DNA from: Octopus sinensis
Lineage: Eukaryota
NCBI RefSeq assembly: GCF_006345805.1
Contig: NC_043000.1
Coordinates: 45,942,001-46,006,000, forward strand
Length of the DNA: 64,000 nucleotides
Reading direction: 5' to 3'
Below are positions 1-11,045 of this stretch, one piece after another. A program made the translations under genes and the position numbers. How positions within the stretch are numbered: position 1 is the stretch's first letter; each line of letters begins with the position of its first letter. The notes under the pieces are model-generated. The model was not told where the DNA came from. It searched no databases and worked only from the letters and a program-made list of their open reading frames with translations.

Positions 1-440
1 TGGGTTTGAAGAATGTGGCTGAGGTGAGAGAGCAGTTGAGTCAGTTAAAGGAGTCAGAGGATTCAGAAATGACACAGGGTAATCGAAGAATGGGGTGAAA
101 TGAACTGAAGTAACTGAGGAAGTTAATCAGTTGTTCACAGGCGATGATACAATCATCAGTGTAGCAGCTATATAAGCCTCGGATCAATTCAATGAATTTT
201 GAGAAGATTTGGGCCACTTCTGATCCAGCAAATATGTTGGCAATATTGGGACCCATTTTCATTCACATAGACACCCCAGATACCTACTGGTAGAACTCAC
301 CAATGAATAAGAAGCTACCGTGAGTGAATACACCTTCAGTAAGATAGAAAAGCATGGGTGCACTGGGTTCAAGTATGTTGTAACGTTTGGGTAAATATAC
401 TGGAGAGCCAAGAGACCTTTATTTAAACAATTTGACAAGA
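1..440 (-). pseudogene. Degenerate Penelope-like element (PLE) reverse transcriptase fragment
   Basis: Minus-strand translation across stops and frameshifts gives NKGLLALQY / EPSAPMLFYLTEGVFTHGSFLFIGEFYQ*VSGVSM*MKMGPNIANIFAG / YTDDCI / FSSFHPILRL / ISESS / ATFFKP. This follows the recalled PLE RT motif order (GVAMGTKMGPSYANLF..RYIDD..NSFHP..YKP). Confidence 0.75.
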
Positions 441-498
441 AAATTACCAGCAACTTCAAGCTTTATAAACTCACACTCTTCACTCTCTCTCTCTCTGA

Positions 499-544
<46 letters not shown>

Positions 545-770
545 TTAATGTAGGATAAAATTTTTTCGAAAAAAAATTTTATCAATGGCCAGCATATTAA
601 AAAATAGCGTTAAAGGTTAAATTTATAAACAACTTATAAATAAGGGCAAACGAAAAAATTTCCAATGTCAAATATGCCGAAATTGGACACATTGTCCATA
701 ACCATATAATTTTTCACAATACACACGCTACTCAAAAAAGGTTGACAGAAATTTCTAAAAACTTCCATTA

Positions 771-830
771 TTACCATATCGGACCGATTTCAGGGTTAGT
801 TCATAAGAATCCTCCCTTCGTCAGTGATAA
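771..830 (-). ncRNA. Type I hammerhead ribozyme motif A1 (canonical core)
   Basis: Minus strand: TTATCA-CTGACGA-AGGG...CCCT-GAAA-TCG(GTC)CGA-T-A-TGGTAA. Stem I 6 bp with one G.U, stem II AGGG/CCCT, stem III ATCG/CGAT, cleavage triplet AUA. Confidence 0.75.
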
Positions 831-1116
831 ATGTGGCAAAGAAATAAATGAGATACTTACTCATTTATAAGTTGTTTATAAATTTAACCTTAAAGGTTTT
901 TCGAAAAAATTTTATCCTACATTAGATATAAATCTAATAGTGTTCACTTCTGGACTCTCTCACTCTGTGAGAGCCTCAGTTCACATCGCACGTGTCTCGA
1001 GTGGGCTGGAGAATTTCTATTTTGGATATATTTGGAGGTACTTAAGTGTGCTCATGACTTAGTGTTTGCTTCTTCCATGGGTATGAGTAAGTATCTCATT
1101 TATTTCTTTACCACAT

Positions 1117-1176
1117 TTATCACTGACGAAGGGAGGGTTCTTATGAACTAACCCTGAAATCGGTCCAATATGGTAA
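1117..1176 (+). ncRNA. Type I hammerhead ribozyme motif A2
   Basis: TTATCA(1117)-CTGACGA-AGGG..GTTC TTAT GAAC..CCCT-GAAA-TCGGTCCAAT-A-TGGTAA. Core intact; one C.A mismatch in stem III consistent with CpG decay. Confidence 0.65.
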
Positions 1177-1369
1177 TAATGGAATTTTTTAGAAATTTCT
1201 GTCGACCTTTTTCGAGTACCGTGCGTATTGTGAAAAATTATATGGTAATGGAAATGAAAAAATTTCCAATGCCAAATATGCCGAAATTGGACACATTGGT
1301 GTCCAATTTCGTCATATTGGCATTGGAAATTTTTTCATTTGCCCTTATTTATAAGTTATATATTTGTAT

Positions 1370-1401
<32 letters not shown>

Positions 1402-1410
1402 CATCTTATA

Positions 1411-2041
1411 TAGTGGCCAGTATATTAAAAAATACCTTTTAAGGTGAAAATTATAAACAACTTATAAATAAGGGCAAAAGAAAAAATTCCTATGCCAAAT
1501 ATGCCAAAAAATAAACTTTAAATTGTCAAGAAACACATATAATTCATCACTAAAAACACGTGTCTCGAAGGAAGCTGGCAGAAATTTATAAAAAATTCTA
1601 TTATCACCGAATCGGTCCAATTTCTGAGTTGATTCATAAAGAATTTTCTCATCATCAGTGATAAATACATTAAGAAATAAATTAAATACTTACTTGCACA
1701 CATGGAACAAGCATATGTAAAGCCATGGGTACACTTAAGTACCCTAAATATATCCAAATAGAAATTTTGCAGCACACCTCAAGACACATGTGATCAGAGT
1801 GAAAATTGTCATTAAGTAAGAGACTGCCCAGATGTGAATGGTATTAAATTTGCATCTAATATAGGATAAAATTTTCAAAAAATTTTATCAGTGGCCAGCA
1901 TATTAAAAGATACCTTTTAAGGTGAAAATTTTTAGTGATGAATTATATGTGGTTACTGACGATTTAAAGTCCATTTCCCAGCACATTTGGCATAGGAATT
2001 TTTTTTTCTTTTGCCCTTATTTATAAGTTGTTTATAATTTT
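1411..2041. mobile_element. Family A cluster 2 (diverged subfamily): >1 monomer in tandem plus a terminal inversion
   Basis: GTGGCCAG recurs at 1413 and 1891 (478-bp period); ~1930-2040 is the reverse complement of ~1445-1555; homologous to 548-1357 throughout. Confidence 0.75.
1604..1664 (-). ncRNA. Type I hammerhead ribozyme motif A3 (covarying stem II)
   Basis: Minus strand: TTATCA-CTGATGA-TGAG...CTCA-GAAA-TTG(GAC)CGA-T-T-CGGTGA. Stem II TGAG/CTCA versus AGGG/CCCT in A1/A2 gives two compensatory pairs; A.C mismatch at the base of stem I. Confidence 0.55.
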
Positions 2042-2179
2042 AAGTGAAATAGAGACAAGCTCCTAGAGCTGAAATGCACTCGGGGTGTTCGCAGGTAAGT
2101 GTGAATTTCTATGTCTTTCTTTTTATGGTTCAGTTAGCAATAATTATGCATGCATCAAAAGTATAATGTGATAGACTAT
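2042..2179. repeat. Dispersed ~138-bp segment with an inverted copy at 5136-5274
   Basis: AAGTGAAATAGAGACAAG...GTGATAGACTAT aligns with the reverse complement of 5136-5274, with scattered substitutions. Confidence 0.85.
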
Positions 2180-2215
2180 ATATATATAGATAGATATAGA
2201 TATATATATATACAT

Positions 2216-2266
<51 letters not shown>

Positions 2267-2345
2267 CGTACACACACACATACATATATATATCCAAAAT
2301 TTTGGATTTACGGAGTGTCAAAGTTGGAAGCATATATATATATAC

Positions 2346-2404
<59 letters not shown>

Positions 2405-2475
2405 TGTGTGTGTGTGTATGTATGCATAAAGTATATGATATAATTATCTATATATATATATATATATGTATATAG
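2180..2475. repeat. Compound (TA)n/(CA)n/(TG)n microsatellites
   Basis: Direct reading. Confidence 0.95.
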
Positions 2476-2584
2476 AAATTCGGGGTGAGTACTTGATAAT
2501 TATAAGCACCTGTGTATACCGTTGGTGGTGTAGGTGGTGGAGTAAATGATCAAAATAAAATAAAAACATGATGCGAAGGATTCA

Positions 2585-2661
2585 GCGGTACATATGTTTC
2601 GGGCCTTTATTAGACAGATTTATAACAATGCATAATGTATGTCTGTGGCTTCTTCAGCCGC
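2585..2661 (-). ncRNA. Hammerhead motif B1 (stem II weakened by a 1-nt deletion)
   Basis: Minus strand: GCGG-CTGAAGA-A-GCC..ACAGA..TCTGT..GGCCC-GAAA-CATATG-T-A-CCGC. Confidence 0.5.
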
Positions 2662-4342
2662 GCACAACAGCTCCACAAGGACATGTGTTACATCAAAATT
2701 CTTGGTTGGGGATGCAAATCCTCTCATTCACGTACGACATAATGCGGCAGCAGCATAGAGTTGAAGCGTCCATCTCTTTTTCTCTCAATGTAGAATGAGG
2801 AAAATTGGTGTTGAGGTAATGTAAATAAATAAATACATATATAGAAGTGAAGATGGAGGGGCGAGAGTTCGGGACGAGGGATTAAAAATGTATAAAAAGT
2901 GTAAGTATAGAATAATATAAAAATGTAGAGGATAAAGGGTTGTAAGTAGATGTAAAGGGGGTATAAAGAAATATAAAGTAAAAGTAGAAATAGAAATAAA
3001 AGTAAAAACACCTGATAAAAACATGATAAAAGTGTAAAAGAATGTAAAGATAAGGGATGTATAGAGGTTATGGACCAAGCATGGAGGTCAGGAGATTAAT
3101 AAAATTTAGTTGTAGAATTGTCAGTACATCATCAGTTTCGTCTGGGGACTTAATGCGTTGTAAATCAGAGCTGATGAGCATTTAATCTGGTTCCTTGAAT
3201 TAAATGGACTTCTAGTACATACATATCCACATGGATATATACACCCACATACACGCGTACATATACGCCTCCAAGCCTATAAGCATACACACGCACTCGC
3301 GTGTAAACACGTACATAAACACACATGCACCCACACGCACGCGCGTACACACACATACATACAACAGAATATCCGCATATATACACGGACATTACGCGCG
3401 TACACGCTCACAAGTATATACGCGCGCCCATCACTACATACACACACGTATATGCCCACGCCTCTAGGTCCAGGTATAAGATATAAGATCCAGGTACACA
3501 TCCTTTATACACATCCTTTAATATCTTATACCTGCGACCAGGGGGGCTGGGCATATACGTGTGTGTATGTAGTGATGGGCGCGCGTATATACTTGTGAGC
3601 GTGTACGCGCGTAAGTCCGTGTATATAGCGGATATTCTGTTGTATGTATGTGTGTGTACGCACGTGCATGTGGGTGCGTGTGTGTTTATGTACGTGTTTA
3701 CATGCGAGTGCGTGTGTATGCTTATAGGCTTGGAGGCGTATATGTACGCGTGTATGTGGGTTTATATATCCATGTGGATATGTATGTACTAGAAGTCCAT
3801 TAATTCAAGGAACCAGATTAAATGCTCATCAGCTCTGATTTACAACGCATTAAGTCCCCAGACGAAACTGATGATGTACTGACAATTCTACAACTAAATT
3901 TTATTAATCTCCTGACCACCATGCTTGGTCCATAACCTCTATACATCCTTATCTTTACATTCTTTTACACTTTTATCATGTTTTTATCAGGTTTTTTTAC
4001 TTTTATTTCTATTTCTATTTTTACTTTATATTTCTTTATACCCCCTTTACATCTACTTACAACCTTTATCCTCTACATTTTTATATTATTCTATACTTAC
4101 ACTTTTTATACATTTTTTATCCCTCGTCCCAAACTCTCGCCCCTCCATCTTCACCTCTATATATGTATTTATTTATTTACATTACCTCAACATCCAATTT
4201 TCCTCATTCTACATTGAGAGAAGAAAGAGATGGACGCTTCAACTCTATGCTGCTGCCGCATATGTCGTACGTGAATGAGAGGATTTGCATCCCCAACCAA
4301 GAATTTTTGATGTAACACATGTCCTTGTGGAAGCTGTTGTGC

Positions 4343-4420
4343 GCGGCTGAAGAAGGCCACAGACATACATTATGCATTGTTATAAATCTGTCTAATAAAG
4401 GCCCGAAACATATGTACCGC
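4343..4420 (+). ncRNA. Type I hammerhead motif B2 with extended stem II
   Basis: GCGG(4343)-CTGAAGA-A-GGCC-ACAGA..(23 nt)..TCTGT..GGCC-C-GAAA-CATATG-T-A-CCGC(4420). Stem III ACATATGT is self-complementary; cleavage triplet GUA. Confidence 0.65.
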
Positions 4421-4464
4421 TGAATCCTTCGCATCATGTTTTTATTTTATTTTGATCAATTTAT

Positions 4465-4508
4465 ATATGTATATATATATATATACACAGAGATAGATAG
4501 ATAGATAA

Positions 4509-4595
<87 letters not shown>

Positions 4596-4600
4596 TACAT
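4465..4600. repeat. (TA)n plus long (GATA)n microsatellite
   Basis: Direct reading. Confidence 0.95.
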
Positions 4601-5135
4601 ACATATATTTATATTTATGTTTATATAAGAATAAATTTATATATATAGCTTCCTCGTTTACTGGAACTAAATAACTTTATGTACAACTGTCTACCAGTTC
4701 ACATGGAAATTTGTATAACATTTTTTTAGGAAATATCTAAAATTCTTCCTCTGCAAACACATTAATGCCTACCAAGAAAGAAAATGTAAAAAAAAATGAA
4801 TATCAAAATGGAGTAGTTGTGTCATATTTTGTTTGGAGTAGCTTTGTCATATTTTGTTTGGAGTAGTGGTTTAGAAAGAAAGCAAAATGTGTGATTTTCA
4901 TATAGAAAGAGATTCAGTAATGATAAGAATGGTAGTGTCACGTTTGTGCTACATCAAACTTTCTGTTTTTTATTTTTTCAAACCCATCTTCTCTTTCTCT
5001 CTTTCTGTTTCTCATCTCTCTGTGTCTCTAGTATAATGATATAGAGACTCAGAGAGACAATTCAAGTGGGAGATATAACTAGAGAGAGAGGCTGGTTAGT
5101 GATGGTAATGAATCAGTTGGATCAAAAGAGGCAAC

Positions 5136-5274
5136 ATAGTCTATCACATTATACTTTTGATGCATGCATAATCATTGCTAACTGAACCATAAGAACAAAG
5201 ACATAAAAATTCACACTTTCCTGCGAACACCTCTGAGTGCATTTCAGCTCTAGGAACTTGTCTCTATTTCACTT
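5136..5274. repeat. Inverted copy of 2042-2179
   Basis: Reverse-complement alignment by eye. Confidence 0.85.
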
Positions 5275-5467
5275 CAATTAATCCATTATCAATTTTCATT
5301 GACACTCTTAAAAACTTTCTTTGAATTCATATCAGTTTGTGTAATAATTATTTTATTGGGTAATTCATGAACTGTTAAAAAACTTACATAGATATCACTG
5401 ACGATTCTGAAAATGTTACACTTAGGTAGCTTAGTATTTTAATTTAGAATATAAACATATATTCATA

Positions 5468-5880
5468 GGTGCAGGAGTGGCTGTGTGGTAAGTAGCTTGC
5501 TTACCAACCACATAGTTCTGTTTCAGTCCCACTGTGTGGCACCCTGGGCAAGTGTCTTCTACTATAGCTAACCAAAGCCTTGTAAGTATATTTGGTAGAC
5601 GGACACTGAAAGAAGCCCATCGTATATATATATATATATTATATATATATATATATATATAAATATGTTTCTGTGTCTGTGTTTGTCCCCCCACCATCGT
5701 TTGACAACCAATGTTGGTGTGTTTACATACCCGTAACTTAGCAGTTTGGGCAAAAGTGACCAATAGAAATATTACTAGGTTTATAAAGAATAAGTTCTGG
5801 GGTTGATTTGTTTGACTAAAGATGGTGCTTTAGCATGGTCACAGTCAAATGACTGAAACAAATAAAAGAATAAATAAATA
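5468..5880 (+). mobile_element. SINE family S1 (tRNA-derived head, internal TA/TG microsatellite, TAAAAGA-type tail)
   Basis: Head GGYGCAGGAGTGGCTGTGTGGTAAG (A-box-like) and GTTCAGTCCC (B-box-like), then CYTGGGCAAGTGTCTTCTACTATAGC; about 11 related copies in the window. Confidence 0.9.
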
Positions 5881-6240
5881 TATGTGTCTGTGTGTGTGTG
5901 TGCGTGTGAGCATGTATTTGTATGTGTATATATCATCAGTAATGCATAAATCCAAAAGAGAAGCACACTTTAAGTTATAGTGCTGTAAAGTAATAAAATA
6001 AAGACATTTAAGGTCACTCTATGGGATTAGCTAGGGTTTCACCTCCATAAATCACCTAGTTTTACAGCGTTTCTTCAGACCCTAATTGTTGGCCATTAGG
6101 ATCTGAAGAAATGCTAAGTGCTTTGTGAATGTAAAACCCTGGGTAACTGCATAGACTAGCCATAACTATCTTTAATTATTATATTTTGTGTAAGTAGCTA
6201 GGGTAATTTGCAGCAGTTTCTCTTATATATATAAAAAAAG

Positions 6241-6546
6241 ACCTCCTTCGGTCATGAATGACCATGGGATTGCACCTAGAAAGTTACCCTCCTAGACACA
6301 AGTCCGGGCAAGGTTGTTTATGGAAGACCAGCAGTCGCCCATGCATACCAGCCTCCCCTCTCCACGCCACCCGTGTTATCCAAGGGAAAGACAAAGGTCG
6401 ATACAGCTTGGCACCAGTGACGTCGCAACTCATTTCTAAAGCTGAGTGAACTGGAGCAACGTGAAAATAAAGTGCTTTGCTCAAGAACACAACACGCAGC
6501 CCAGACCGGGATTCGAGCTCACAACCTCAGGATATATATGCGCCTT

Positions 6547-6551
<5 letters not shown>
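6241..6551 (-). mobile_element. SINE family S3 (tRNA-like head, TTCTTGAGCAAGRCACTT core-like segment)
   Basis: Homologous to 12846-13165 (-) and 16388-16710 (+); B-box-like GAGCTCGAATCCC on the minus strand. Confidence 0.8.
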
Positions 6552-6589
<38 letters not shown>

Positions 6590-6628
6590 ACATAGATATA
6601 GATGTATATACATATATATATATATATA

Positions 6629-7380
6629 TGAGGTCTGATCAATAAGTATCTGGACTGTTGCCATAGTAACAAAGCTAAGCCTCTTGGTACGGATTGCCCT
6701 TGAACTCCAAACGTTGCCATGGCGATACCTTCTCAGAGGCCTATGCAAAGTTGTAGAAAGTGTATGGAGAGGAGTGTATGAGCCACACGTAAGTGTATGA
6801 GTGGGTCAGATGTTTCCAAGGTGGTTGAAAAAATGTCACTATCGACAAACGTTCTGGGAGACCTGCAACCAGCAGAAGTAAGAAACAAATCACAGCGTGC
6901 AGCTGTGAGAGGAAATCATCAAATCACCATCCGTGAGTTATCAGAGGATGTGCAGATTAGTTACGGTTCAGTTCAGTACATTATCACTGAAGATTTAGGT
7001 ATGAAACACATGTCTGCCAAATTTCTGCGAAAACTGATTTCAGTTGACTAAAAAAGCACTCGGGTTTTATGTTGCACGAGATCTCCATGATTGTATCGAG
7101 AACAATGAAAGCTGTTTTGAAAACTTTGTGTATGTCTCTGAGCAGGTATTGCCAAACAAAATTTAATGCAGATTCTCTGCTCAACTTTCTGTGTCATGGT
7201 CATTGTAAAGATCACATGCTACACACCTTCCTTCCAAGCACTGCTGTAAACAGCAGAAGTGAGCTAGAACATTAAAACTTAGTACACATGCACAGCAGAA
7301 TCCAAGGTAAATCTGTGCCAAATAGCTTCACTTTGCATGCTTTAGCTTTGTTACAGACTGGATACTTATTGATCAGACCA
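6629..7380 (+). mobile_element. Internally deleted mariner/Tc1 DNA transposon with both TIRs
   Basis: TIRs GGTCTGATCAATAAGTATC...TAACAAAGCTAA at 6632-6678 and inverted at 7342-7379; TA at the left end. Decayed transposase: VYEWVRCF..DKRSGRPATS..ITIRELSEDVQISYGSVQYIITEDLGMKHMSAKFLRKL. Confidence 0.85.
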
Positions 7381-7440
7381 CACACACGCACATATATATA
7401 TATACACATACATGTGTGTGTGTGTGCATGTGTATATATA

Positions 7441-7667
7441 CTCTTTACTCTTTTACTCTTTTACTTGTTTCAGTCATGTGACTGTGGCCATGCTGGAGCG
7501 CCGCCTTTTGTCGAGGAAATCGACCCCAGGACTTATTCTTTGTAAGCCTAGTACTTATTCTATTGGTCTGTTTTGCCAAACCGCTAAGTTACAGGGTCGT
7601 AAACACACCAGCATCGGTTGTCAAGCGATGTTGGGGGACAAACACAGACACACAAACACATACACGC

Positions 7668-7746
<79 letters not shown>

Positions 7747-7920
7747 CATATATATACGATGGGCTTCTTTCTGTTCCCGTCTACCAAATCCACTCACAAG
7801 GCTTTGGTCGGCCCGAGGTTATAGTAGAAGACACTTGCCCAAGGTGCCACACAGTGGGACTGAACCTGGAACCATGTGGTTGGTAAGCAGGCTACTTACC
7901 ACACAGCCACTTCTATGCCT
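7441..7920 (-). mobile_element. SINE S1 copy
   Basis: Full-length reverse-complement match to other S1 copies, with an expanded internal (TA)n. Confidence 0.9.
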
Positions 7921-8731
7921 ATATATATATATGTATTCTAAATACATATGTATACACACACACATATACATACCTATCGTTAATGCTATTACCTATGAAG
8001 AGAACATATGTATCCAATAAAAGAATGGTCATAATTTCAACCTAGTTGGGTCTCATTCAACTTCAATAGTCTTATACACAATTGCTTCTGCTCTGTTTCT
8101 CAATTAACCAGACATTTATTGATAAAAAATCTAATCAAAATACTCATGAGGTAAAAGAAAGACAATATTAATTCAATGATCAATGCTCTTTTAAAAATTT
8201 TAATAGGTAAGAGAAGCAACGCTTAACATGTTTCAATCTTATTAGACATCCACAGGTAGATCAGAGAAGTAGATCTACCTAAATTTTGCTAATTAGTGAA
8301 TGAAAGAATGGTTTTTTTCTTTTCTCTGTTACTGAAGTAGATGAAATTACATCTTAATATTCATCAAATTAAATATGTAAATATTAGCTTAACTATTATT
8401 TTCCTTGTGGGTAACATTCCTGTGTATTCAACATAACTGATTTGTTGTTTATACATCGGTCATATCATGAATGCTAACATGGCTAAATGATTAACAAGTT
8501 TGCTTTGCAATCATAAGGTTTCAGGTTTGATCCCATTGCATAGTAACTTGTGTAAATGCATTAGACCAATCCAAGCTATATGAGTGAAATACTGTAGATA
8601 AAAGATATGTGGAAAAACTATGAGACAAAATATGTTGAAACCTGCCAGAGGGTTTCCACCTGTAAAACATAGGTCAAACCTTGTTACTTTTATACTAATT
8701 TTGTTTGAGAATTACTTCAATGGTACACATT

Positions 8732-8889
8732 GGCGCAGGAGTGGTTGTGTGGTAAGTAATTTGCTTACCAACCACATGGTTCTGAGTTCATTCCCACTGC
8801 ATAGCCCCTTGGGCAAGTGTCTTCTACTATAGCCTTGGGCTGACCAAAGCCTTGTGACTGGATTTGGTAGACGGAAACTGAAAGAAGCC

Positions 8890-8945
<56 letters not shown>

Positions 8946-9164
8946 TTGTGTATCTGTGTTTGTCCCCCCAACATCGTTTGACAACCGATGCTGGTGTGTT
9001 TACGTCCACATAACTTAGCAGTTCGGCAAAAGAGACCGATAGAATAAGTACTAGGCTCACAAAAAATAAGTACTGGGGTCAGTTTGCTCGACTAACGGAT
9101 GTGCTCCAGCATGGCCGCACTCAAATGACTGAAACAAGTAAAAGAGTAAAAGAGAGTAAAGAGT
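8732..9164 (+). mobile_element. SINE S1 copy
   Basis: Full-length match; more decayed partial S1 copies lie at ~8476-8625 and ~9385-9546. Confidence 0.9.
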
Positions 9165-9631
9165 ATGTCAGTGGAGCAATTAATCCATGCTAATTTAATA
9201 TGCAGGTAGCTCAGGAGTTCAAACTACTGAATACTTAAGCTTGAAACTGACAACAGAGATCCATTATCGATCTACAAATAGATTAAATCTTGTAATATAT
9301 ATTTAGCAATCAGTTTACAAGATCAAACTTATATCTTTATTAGTGACCAATTTATATTTATGATATGTAGGTATGACTTAGTCACAGACATGGCTGTGTA
9401 GATCAGAAATTGAGTTCTAAACCACAAGGTTTTTGAGTTCAGTCCCATTGCATAGAAACCTGGACAAGTGTCTTCTACAATTTTAGGTAACTAATGCCTT
9501 CTGAGAGAATTTGGTAAAAAAGAAACTGAAAGGAGCTCATTATATAAGCATGAGAAATCTGCCTCAGTAAATTCTGTCGAATGCATGCAGTCATGGATAT
9601 GTAGACATTAATATGATGATCAAGGTGATGA

Positions 9632-9678
9632 GATAGATAGATAGACAGAGAGACAGACAGATTAACAGACAGGTAGAC

Positions 9679-9739
<61 letters not shown>

Positions 9740-9806
9740 AGATAGAGAGTGGGTGACAGACAGAAAGACAGACAAATGAACACACAGGTAGGTAGATAGA
9801 TAAGAT

Positions 9807-9849
<43 letters not shown>

Positions 9850-9952
9850 GACAAATGAACACACGGGTAGATAAGTAGATAGTTAGATAGATAGATAGAC
9901 AGACAGGCAAACAGACAGATAGATAGACAGATAAACAGACAGACAGACAGAC

Positions 9953-10004
<52 letters not shown>

Positions 10005-10045
10005 GATAGAGAGATAGATAGACAGAGAGACAGACAGGCAGATAC

Positions 10046-10106
<61 letters not shown>

Positions 10107-10197
10107 CAGATAGATAGATAGATAGATAGACAGATAGATAGATAGATAGATAGATAGACAAATAGATAGCTAGATAGACAGATAGATAGATAGATAA
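9632..10197. repeat. Long compound (AGAT)n/(AGAC)n/(AG)n microsatellite
   Basis: Direct reading. Confidence 0.95.
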
Positions 10198-10639
10198 TTA
10201 CACACATATACTATGCTTCTGCTTTACTGATGACCATAATGCACAACCTGGTACACAGTGGTTGATCAGAATGTGTACGATATAGTAGACAGAACACATA
10301 CACTCTTTGCTTTTCAGTCATCCAGACAAAAGTTGATTTTATTTTTATCATCTTCAATTGAGGATCTGACAAACTGACTCTATCACATAACTTTCAATGA
10401 TCCTGTCCTTGTGGCTCTAAGTAGGTATCTTTTGTTTCAAAGGGTTACTGTTGCAACAAATGGGAATAATGTTATTGCTGTTATTATTGCATTTTACATT
10501 TATGTTAGCTCTGCTTAAAGTAGGCTTATAATTAAGGTATCACAGGTTTTTTAATCAAAGTTTTTCTTTCTGAACTAATTGTACGTAGAACAACATCATC
10601 CAATGTCATCAGAGGCAGTGGCATCATCAATACCAATGT

Positions 10640-11045
10640 CATCTCTGTCTTCTTCTTCTTCTCCTCCTCCTCCATCTCCTCTCCCCTCCTCCTTTATATC
10701 TTCTCCTCCACCTTCTCTCCCCTCCTTCATATCTTCTCCTCCTCCTCCTCCATCTCATCTCCCCTCCTACTTTATATCTTCTCCTTCACCTTCTCTCCCC
10801 TCCTTCATATCTTCTCCTCCTCCTTCATCTTCTCCTCCTCCTCCTCCTCCTCCATCTCATCTCCCCTCCTACTTTATATCTTCTCCTTCACCTTCTCTCC
10901 CCTCCTTCATATCTTCTCCTCCTCCTTCATCTTCTCCTCCTCCTCCTCCTCCATCTCATCTCCCCTCCTACTTTATATCTTCTCCTTCACCTTCTCTCCC
11001 CTCCTTCATATCTTCTCCTCCCCCTTCATCTCCTCCTCCTCCCAC
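10640..11045. repeat. Pure-pyrimidine-rich minisatellite, ~4 units of ~80-100 bp built on CCT
   Basis: Unit CCATCTCATCTCCCCTCCTACTTTATATCTTCTCCTTCACCTTCTCTCCCC... restarts near 10750, 10852 and 10951. Confidence 0.9.

Larger units (their letters stand above)
548..1357. mobile_element. Family A hammerhead-bearing repeat cluster 1 (PLE/retrozyme-like), rearranged into nested inverted repeats
   Basis: ~630-863 is the reverse complement of ~1083-1357; ~549-640 is the reverse complement of ~863-921; a small fold-back sits at ~1254-1337. Contains two HHR motifs. Confidence 0.75.
2547..4458. mobile_element. ~1.9-kb fold-back palindrome (family B, PLE-like 3' region duplicated head-to-head)
   Basis: 2547-3484 is the reverse complement of 3521-4458, with scattered substitutions and indels, around a 36-bp central spacer. 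Each arm ends in an outward-reading HHR motif. Confidence 0.9.

Noticed and set aside
3161-3215. CTGATGAG followed by a CATTTAAT/ATTAAATG stem, and CGAAACTGATGA at ~3863
   Set aside because: No GAAA follows the stem in the first case; in the second, GAAA and CTGATGA are adjacent with no room for stems I and III.
5468-5560. tRNA-like A/B boxes at SINE heads as tRNA genes
   Set aside because: They continue into SINE bodies in many copies and I cannot fold complete cloverleaves.
2130-10207. Many 60-200 aa ORFs rich in YI, CV, HT or LSIY repeats (also at 45452-45789 and 61399-61887)
   Set aside because: They are translations of (TA)n, (TG)n and (GATA)n microsatellites and of SINE S1 copies, not genes.
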